In this document: in pieces, positions 39,700 to 48,862 of the stretch
Layout: the number at the start of each line of letters is the position of its first letter
Position numbering within the stretch: the stretch's first letter is position 1
Origin: Azolla caroliniana
Lineage: Eukaryota > Plantae > Polypodiophyta
NCBI GenBank assembly: GCA_043228905.1
Contig: JBHGNT010000013.1
Coordinates: forward strand, 2,046,001-2,110,000
Length of the DNA: 64,000 nt
Reading direction: 5' to 3'
Translations under genes and position numbers: made by a program
The notes under the pieces: generated by a model
The model's input: the letters and a program-made list of their open reading frames with translations, nothing else
Database searches by the model: none
What the model was told of the DNA's origin: nothing

Positions 39700-42500
39700 T
39701 ACTACTCACATAGTTCCTAAATTACTGAACTAGTACTAATAAGGAACACTGTACTGCTCACTTAGTTCCCAATTTACACAAGTAGTACTAATCATGCACA
39801 ATATACTACTCACTTAGTTACCAGATTACACAAGGAGTACTAATCCCGAACAATGTATCACTGACTTAGTCAAATTAAAAAGTAGTACTAATCTTGAACA
39901 TTGTACTACTCACTTGTTTCCTAAATTACTGAAATAGTACTAATAAGGAACAATGTACTGCTCACTTAGTTTCCAATATACATGATTAGTACTAATCATG
40001 CACAATATACACAAGTAGTACTAATCATGCACAATATACTACTCACTTAGTTACAAAATTACACAAGTACTAATCCCGAAAAATGTACCACTGACTTAAT
40101 CAAATTAATAAGTAGTACTAATCTTGAACAATGTACTACTCACTTATTTCCTAAATCACTGAACTAGTACTAATCCCGAACAATGTACTGCTCACTTAAT
40201 TCCCAATTTACACAAGTAGTACTAATCATGCACAATATAGTTACCAGATTACACAAGGAGTACTAATCCCGAACAATGTATCACTGACTTAGTCAAATTA
40301 AAAAGTAGTACTAATCTTGAACATTGTACTACTCACTTGTTTCCTAAATTACTGAACTAGTACTAATAAGGAACAATGTACTGCTCACTTAGTTTCCAAT
40401 ATACATGATTAGTACTAATCATGCACAATATACACAAGTAGTACTATTCATGCACAATATACTACTCACTTAGTTACAAAATTACACAAGTACTAATCCC
40501 GAAAAATGTACCACTGACTTAATCAAATTAATAAGTAGTACTAATCTTGAACAATGTACTACTCACTTATTTCCTAAATCACTGAACTAGTACTAATCCC
40601 GAACAATGTACTGCTCACTTAATTCCCAATTTACACAAGTAGTACTAATCATGCACAATATAGTTACCAGATTACACAAGGAGTACTAATCCCGAACAAT
40701 GTATCACTGACTTAGTCAAATTAAAAAGTAGTACTAATCTTGAACATTGTACTACTCACTTGTTTCCTAAATTACTGAACTAGTACTAATAAGGAACAAT
40801 GTACTGCTCACTTAGTTCCCAATATACATGATTAGTACTAATCATGCACAATATACACAAGTAGTACTAATCATGCACAATATACTACTCACTTAGTTAC
40901 AAAATTACACAAGTACTAATCCCGAAAAATGTACCACTGACTTAATCAAATTAATAAGTAGTACTAATCTTGAACAATGTACTAGTCACTTATTTCCTAA
41001 ATCACTGAACTAGTACTAATCCCGAACAATGTACTGCTCACTTAATTCCCAATTTACACAAGTAGTACTAATCATGCACAATATAGTTACCAGATTACAC
41101 AAGGAGTACTAATCCCGAACAATGTATCACTGACTTAGTCAAATTAAAAAGTAGTACTAATCTTGAACATTGTACTACTCACTTGTTTCCTAAATTACTG
41201 AACTAGTACTAATAAGGAACAATGTACTGCTCACTTAGTTCCCAATATACATGATTAGTACTAATCATGCACAATATACACAAGTAGTACTATTCATGCA
41301 CAATATACTACTCACTTAGTTACAAAATTACACAAGTACTAATCCCGAAAAATGTACCACTGACTTAATCAAATTAATAAGTAGTACTAATCTTGAACAA
41401 TGTACTACTCACTTATTTCCTAAATCACCGAACTAGTACTAATCCCGAACAATGTACTGCTCACTTAATTCCCAATTTACACAAGTAGTACTAATCATGC
41501 ACAATATAGTTACCAGATTACACAAGGAGTACTAATCCCGAACAATGTATCACTGACTTAGTCAAATTAAAAAGTAGTACTAATCTTGAACATTGTACTA
41601 CTCACTTGTTTCCTAAATTACTGAACTAGTACTAATAAGGAACAATGTACTGCTCACTTAGTTCCCAATATACATGATTAGTACTAATCATGCACAATAT
41701 ACACAAGTAGTACTAATCATGCACAATATACTACTCACTTAGTTACAAAATTACACAAGTACTAATCCCGAAAAATGTACCACTGACTTAATCAAATTAA
41801 TAAGTAGTACTAATCTTGAACAATGTACTACTCACTTATTTCCTAAATCACTGAACTAGTACTAATCCCGAACAATGTACTGCTCACTTAGTTCCCAATT
41901 TACACAAGTAGTACTAATCATGCACAATATACTACTCACTTAGTTACCAAATTACACAAGGAGTACTAATCCCGAACAATGTACTGCTCACTTAGTTCCC
42001 AATTTACACAAGTAGTACTAATCATGCACAATATACTACTCACTTAGTTACCAAATTACACAAGGAGTACTAATCCCAAACAATGTAATGCTCACTTAGT
42101 TCCCAATTTACACAAGTAGTACTAATCATGCACAATATACTACTCACTTAGTTACCAAATTACACAAGGAGTACTAATCCCAATCAATGTACCACTGACT
42201 TAGTCAAATTACACAATTAGTACTAATCCTGAACAATGTACTACTCAACAATGTACCACTGACTTAGTCAAATTACACAATTAGTACTAATCCTACAAAA
42301 TGTCCTACTCACTTATTTTCTAGATTACTGATCTGGTACTAATAAGGCACAAAACTAGTACTAATAAGGAACAAAGTACTACTCAGTTCCCAAATTACAA
42401 AACTAGTATTAATCATGAGCAATGTACTCGTAACTTAGTTCACAAAGTACAGAACTAGTACTAATCATGAACCATGTAGTACTTACTAAGTACTAATCCA
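39700..42500. repeat. Intronic satellite with a 423-bp higher-order repeat (~5 copies) built from ~45-50-bp AGTACTAAT monomers
   Basis: TTACCAGATTACACAAGGAG at 39818, 40241, 40664, 41087 and 41510 (period 423); degenerate monomers extend to ~42900. Confidence 0.96.
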
Positions 42501-45500
42501 ACAAATGTAGATTGGTATTTTGCACATAAGTAATACTAAACGTGATATGTGTTCTACACACCTAGTTACATAACTTGTACTAATTACACCAACAATATTA
42601 ATCTTGAACAGTATTAGTACTAAACGTGATATGTGTTTGACACACCTCATTTCCAAATTACAATAACTGTACTATTATTCAGCAATTTACTATACACCTT
42701 GTTCCCAAATTACATTACTAGTACTAATTCCCAAGTTACACAAACAATACTAACAGTCAACAGTGTACTATAAGTATAGTGTTTACTAAACTAATACTAG
42801 GCAAGTTGCAATATAGATTGGACGATGTTGTACCTGGTTCCCTTTTAGTACTACTAATTCTGGAAAATATCCCTTCAACTACACATACCAATTATATATT
42901 AAGAGTACTGCCAATACTAACCCACATAATTAGGGTTCCACATAATAGTTGTTAGAGATTACACTAAATTTGAAGTATAAATTGTGGCATACACTAGTTC
43001 TAGTCCAAATGTTAATTGACATCATATAATACAAACAATAGAATAGTAGAGCCACATACCGTACGGGTGTACTTTTAAACCCCAAGCATAGTACCACTCA
43101 GCCGCAATTGTAGTTTTACAGTCCATACATGTATTCTCTTTCTCAAAATGATACTTAGCACATAGCACATGAAATGTGTGCAAGCATGGTGTAATCACAA
43201 CATCCATAGCCTCCAGCTTGAATCCGAGGCCACAAAATATACACCTGGAAGATTGCAAACACAAGTTATAATATATTAGCTGCTCACTTATTTATACTAG
43301 AGAAGTAGAAATAAATAACTTTTAAAGCCAATACCGTGATATAGCTATACTAGTAATGGTACTTTCTATACCACTTGGGTGCTCAATTACAGATGGACAC
43401 AAAGTATCAAAACCATTTTGTTTTAAATCCTGCATCAACATGCAAGGTTCTTAGAATGCAACTTTAAGGCTGACAACTTATTATCTATTTCTTCATGTGC
43501 ATTCCTGCAAGTATCAAGGTCTCTCATCTGTGAACCTAATTGAGTGCCCATATTGTTCAGCTCTTTCTTCAACTCCTCTTTCAACACCTCACTTTTTGAA
43601 TTTTGGATTGTCGATGCAATCCATTCATATGTAGTTTTTATTGAAGAAAATTTCTTTTCTGCCTGTATCTCAGTTGATTTAACTGCTTCCAAATCAGCAA
43701 GTAGTGCTTGTATTCTTGAGCTCATAGAAGCTATGCAACTGGCCATCATCTGTTCATGCTTTTCAATCATTGTGGCCCGTACCTTTGCCTCTAGAACTTG
43801 GTGGACAGGTGTTGTAGCTGGAATATCCACATGAGAGGTTCCAGATGACTTCAAGCCAGTGTTGGTACTGGAGGACCCTTTGTAATGTTCTGACCGGTGC
43901 TGATTAAAATCTTCCCAATTTACGTCAATGCCACCTTGAACTTCACATGCAAAAGCACGTGCAAAAACAGTACCCACCTGATTGTTAGTGATTTCATTTG
44001 TATCATAAACATGTTCGTATCTCGTCTTCAATAAATTCATGTATTCCCTCTTCAAACCACTTATGTGGAATCCTCGCCTTGTGTCGGGATGTGCTGACCC
44101 CCAGGTTTTTAACAACCACTCTCTCAGCTCTGGATAAACGTCAGGTCGTGCTCGAAGGAAATAATTCCATCCAAGAGGTGTGTCTCGACTGATGGAGTGG
44201 TACATCTTCTTTCTCTGTGTTGATGAATTCATCACCCTTTCTCTTGTGGGTGTCTTCTTGATTTCTTTCATGGGTGTCCTTCTTCCTTCCTTCACTGGCA
44301 TCTTCACTTTCTCTTTCATCAATGTCTTCTTTATGGGTGTCCTTCTCGTCATTGTCCTAGTCAACACAATTCTCAAGGAATGAATATGCATGTACTAGAA
44401 GAAAACTCAAGCAATTACCATCAACACATAGCAAATCATCACATTGCATGTACAAACTATGTCAAACACACAATAACCCTAAATAGTCGGAAAAAAACTC
44501 ATCCATGTCAAACACACAGACAATAAAAACAGACGGATAGGAAAGTTAAAGAAAACGAAAACATTGTAAATCATCATAGCCAACCCCATCACATCGCATG
44601 TACAAGCCATGTCAAACACACAAAAACCCAAAATAGTCGGAAAAAACTCATCCATGTCAAACTCACACAAAATAAAACAGATGGACAGGAAACAAGAACA
44701 AAACGAAAACATAGCAACTCATCATAACCAACTCCATTTACGTTGCATGTACAAACATGTCTAACACACAACCACCTCGATCAAAATATTGTCATACATT
44801 TTTAAAAGAAACACAGAGAAACATAGAGAAAACAAAAACATACCAGTTGGGCATGCAACACATAGACTATGAATAATCAAAACCTAAAAATGGCCATACA
44901 CATGCAAATAAAAAACAGACAGACAGGAAACATTCAGAAAAAGAAAACATACCAGTTGGGCATGCAACACAGAGAATACCTGGAGGTCGTACAACTTGCA
45001 GAGGTACCACACCGTGTTGATTTCAACACCTTGGGAGCACACCAAGCCTTGAAAATCACCTATATGCAAGAGGTTGTTGACGAGGCTGCTGCAGAGGAGA
45101 CAAACGAGCATACACAGAGGAGACAAACGAGCATACACAAGGAAGGAAAATCAACAACACATACAACGAGTAGGGGAAACAAAAATCTCTGCGTATACAA
45201 AGTTCAGAGATCGAACCTAGCACAGAGGGGAACACAAGAACAGCTACGCGGGGAAACAGAGAATCGAAGGTGGAGTGAGAGAGAGAAACAGAAAGAAAGA
45301 AAGAAACAGAGCTTCGAAGGTGGAGTGACAGAGAGAAAGAGAGAGATTGACTTGTAATAGATATGTCGTCTTTCTTTAACTTTCTGCCACTGTTTGTCTG
45401 ACAACTTCGAGACAGAAGAGAGAGAGAGAGAGAGAGAGAGAGTGAGAGAGAGAGACATACCAACTGACACGTTCGACTACCCATACCAGAGAGAGAGAGA

Positions 45501-46759
45501 GAGAGAGAGATACTGAGACTGACCAACTATCACAATGGATACCTTCTCTAGGTGTGCTTTCGTACAACTCTACCTAGGAGATTGGGGCAACAATTAATGT
45601 ATTAAATATGGCCTAGGGACATTTCGAGTGTGACGTATAATATCTTTGTGCATTCGAGTGTGACGTAATGAATTTGTTTTTTGTTTTTTGAAATTTATTT
45701 ACAATTTTTAATGTTTATTTTCTTCTTCGATTTAGTACTAAATTTTTGGCCAAAAGTTGGTACACTGTAGCATGCTTCGACCCTAGCGGTTACTTGAAAA
45801 TTTGAGCTCTTCCTTGTAAACACCAATCTAAGCACAATTTCTCTTCTATCCACATATTTAACTGGCCCTACCTTAATGATAGAGTTTGCAACTTCAATCA
45901 ATTAAACGTACATGTTGGTGTAATGCACAATAAACATATTGCATCATGTAACTAGGAGTTACGTTTCTCTTTACGAGATGGGAATACCCACTTGGATAAA
46001 GAAAGGACTTCTTGCCAATACCTTATCAATGATTAAGGGTATGTAGAGCAGGGAACTTTACGGGGATTAGTTCTATTGAGGATTGACCTTTACACCACCC
46101 CTTAATTATAATACTCAATCAAATGTTGTAGAAGAATACACAAGAATTCTCATTGCAAACACATGTCTTGCTACAACGAAAATTGATAAACCATCAACCT
46201 CGCTTGCTTGGTGATTAGTTTTCTCTCTACACCATCTTATTATCCTTTGATCACCTTGGATTGAATCACACAACCCGATGATAGATGGGAAATTTAGTCC
46301 ATTATGCTCTCATCAACATGTTGTCAGTTTGTAACTAATTCCTCTCATCTAGGAGTCGATGCCCTTCCTTATATAGGCCTAGTATGGGAAACTTCAATGT
46401 CTACTCCAATGTTCATTCTTGCTCCAACCACAACTTTTACTCCATGAGTTGGCTCTATCCCGCTTCAGTTACAACATCCAATTTGTTAGCTAACTCTATC
46501 TTTCATCCCACAAGTTCGGCCATGACATTTATTACTCTAGTGACGAAGGGTGCATATGTGTCTATCCTTGATTCCATGAGGGTCGATGTGTACATGTGGT
46601 ATTGACCACTCCCTATAATCATCCTACTTTGATTAAACGTGCCATTCTATTAAAGTATGCCATTCAATTAAACGTGCTTTTTTTTGGAGGCCAAAATCCA
46701 GATAAAAAAATTGCATTGTTTCATGAAAAAATTACTTCAATCCAAATCAAAACTATATT

Positions 46760-48017
46760 CCAAACATTCAATTTAATACATTCATTCTTCTCTTATCATT
46801 TCCTTCCTCTCTTCTTGTGATCTCGTTATATCTTTCTTCTATCACTCTGTCTTCTGTCTTGGTTCTGACCGTTTGATTCGAATTCCTCTCTCTCCTTTAT
46901 CCTCCTCTATAAACATCACGAAACCATGGCTGCCATTAACTCAAAAGAATATCTCACCCTTGTTGTTCAAATGGAGACTCTTAAATCCAAGTTCGCATCT
47001 CTTGAATTAGAGAATCAACGTCTTCTTGGAGATCTACAAAAGGTTACTGTGGAGAAGCAACAACAACAAGAGGACTTTACGCGACGGGTGCAAGAACTAG
47101 AGACAACAATCGTAATTTTACAACAACAAATGGGCGGAGGTCAAGGAATTATCAAGGAGCCCAAAATCAGCCTTCCCGTTAAATTTGATGGTTCGAGGGC
47201 ACATTTCCGAGGTTTCTTGAATCAAGTGCGGTTCGTAATTCGAATGCATCCCATGTGTTATCCGACAGATGCATCTCGAGTTGGGTTAGTGGGAACCTTA
47301 TTGACTGGCATAGCGTTGTTGTGGTTTGCTCCATTATTAGAAACAAATTCTCTACTACGCCATAATTTCGAAGAATTTGTCAAAGAATTTAAGGCTTGCT
47401 TTGGAGATACAAATGGGGCAAGAACAACGATCAACAAGATTCATACACTACGTCAAGGTGATCAGCCAACATCAACATATGCAACCAATTTTTGTCTCAT
47501 CGCAAGCGATATTTCTTGGGACGAACAAGCCCTAATTGAGCAGTTTCGTTCCGGTCTTCTTAGCGATGTAAATGAGTTACTTCTTACATTCCCTGAGGAT
47601 CCACAATATCTTACTGAAGCTATTAGTCGAGCAATACAGTGCAATAATCGTCTTTTTGAGCCTCGATGTGAACGACAACAAATAACAAGATCAAGATTCA
47701 CACCAACTTATGCTCTGTCTCAATGATTATATCTCACACTTCGGGGTGGAATTCCGGCCTTTGAGAATCAAAAGCAAATTCTCCTAGGACCATCAAAGCC
47801 TCAAGCAACAACTGTTTATGCCACTCCGCTTGAATCAAGCCTTGTGGATATTATTCGGCAACGTCTTCACTCAAATGATTTCGCTCAAGATGTCTTACCC
47901 CACATTCGGCCAAGCCATGCATCTTGCTTGACTTTGCAAGGGTCATCTCAACACTATCAGGAATTCAAATGCCATGATGTCTTACTCTTTTACAACAATC
48001 TCCTTGTGAAAGTTCCT
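46760..48017 (+). mobile_element. Internally deleted chromovirus fragment (partial LTR, gag 46926-47726, piece of RNase H-IN linker)
   Basis: gag motifs EPKISLPVKFDGSRAHFRGFL; downstream PAFENQKQILLGP matches the pol at ~23370. Confidence 0.88.
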
Positions 48018-48124
48018 TGTGAAAGTTAGCGTGCGGAAGCATATGCCAAACCGGCTCTGCCAGATAGTAACAGTAAAGAGAAGAAAGTTTAATGGAAGCT
48101 TAACATAGAGAATAAGCATACACA

Positions 48125-48191
<67 letters not shown>

Positions 48192-48812
48192 TAAAACTCT
48201 ATTAAAAAATAACACTTTGTAACTCTGTACATAGAATGTGCTCGAGAGAGCACTTTTATAGAAGTCCATAAAGGACTGACAAAAGTACTAACGTTGTCAC
48301 AATAAATCAAGATTGGGCTCGGCACCTCAATCAGGAGGTCTCACAGGAGTCGCCGAAGCTAGATGGCTTCACAGGTGGCAATGGTAGCACCTGTTATTCT
48401 CTGACCGGACAAGGCCTAACACAAGGTGTCACGGAGACACTTCACCAAAGGGTGATTACGGCATAGGATTATGACTCAACGATTACACCGACTTAAGTAG
48501 GTTACACGATTAGAGCGCTATTGTTAATTACACGCGTAAGATATAACAGTAAGTACAGAACGGAAATCAACACAGAAGTATAAACACCATACGCTCTATT
48601 AATTATCCGCTGCTATTACAATGGGGTCCGGGCCTTTAAATAGGTTTCCGGCCCGTAGTACAAAACGGTGCCTATCACACCTATTCGGGATCGGTCCGGA
48701 TCTAGAACGGCATACCGTTTCCAGTCCGTGCGTCCATACTATGCTTATTTACAACCATACTTAATTAATTCCTTCACTCCGTATTTTGGACTCCTTGCCG
48801 GCCGGTAACACA

Positions 48813-48829
48813 TGGCACGCCCGTGGGAC
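48813..48829 (+). other. Inverted tRNA-Arg-type PBS at the position of the missing PPT
   Basis: TGGCACGCCCGTGGGAC begins 2 nt inside the 3' LTR boundary on the strand opposite to the element's genes. Confidence 0.8.
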
Positions 48830-48862
48830 AGTACCTTGTACGTCGAACCCTTCTCGGCCCCT

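Larger units (their letters stand above)
32594..45138 (-). pseudogene. Multi-exon accessory gene of the DNA transposon (helical domain + coiled coil + RING-H2 + low-complexity tail), disrupted
   Basis: Exons include ~44394-43335, a RING exon ~43245-43061 (CIFC...PCLHTFHVLC...CMDC), ~39592-38557 and 32820-32594. Splice phases fit (SR-CIFC; PY-VNVVV) and the frame is restored across the copia TSD (STFVDL-CTSIVV). The first exon is uncertain. Confidence 0.7.
25793..45783 (+). mobile_element. Large Sola2-type DNA transposon (~20 kb; ~14 kb without the nested copia)
   Basis: Absent from the paralogous empty site (~6991-7045). Imperfect TIRs: left AAGCACGCTACGGTGTAC (25793-25810), right reverse complement GGGTCGAAGCATGCTACAGTGTAC (45760-45783), a GRG terminus as described for Sola2. 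Transposase motifs match Sola2 as recalled. Confidence 0.85.

Noticed and set aside
28660-42900. CRISPR-like arrays in the two satellites
   Set aside because: Units are repeated in full with no unique spacers, there are no cas genes, and the context is eukaryotic introns.
25793-45783. CACTA, Harbinger or Mutator assignment for the DNA transposon
   Set aside because: No CACTA terminus, no 3-bp TWA or 9-bp TSD, and the transposase motifs (DFxENY, SDG..SQFK, GKG..DG.G...KR) fit Sola2.
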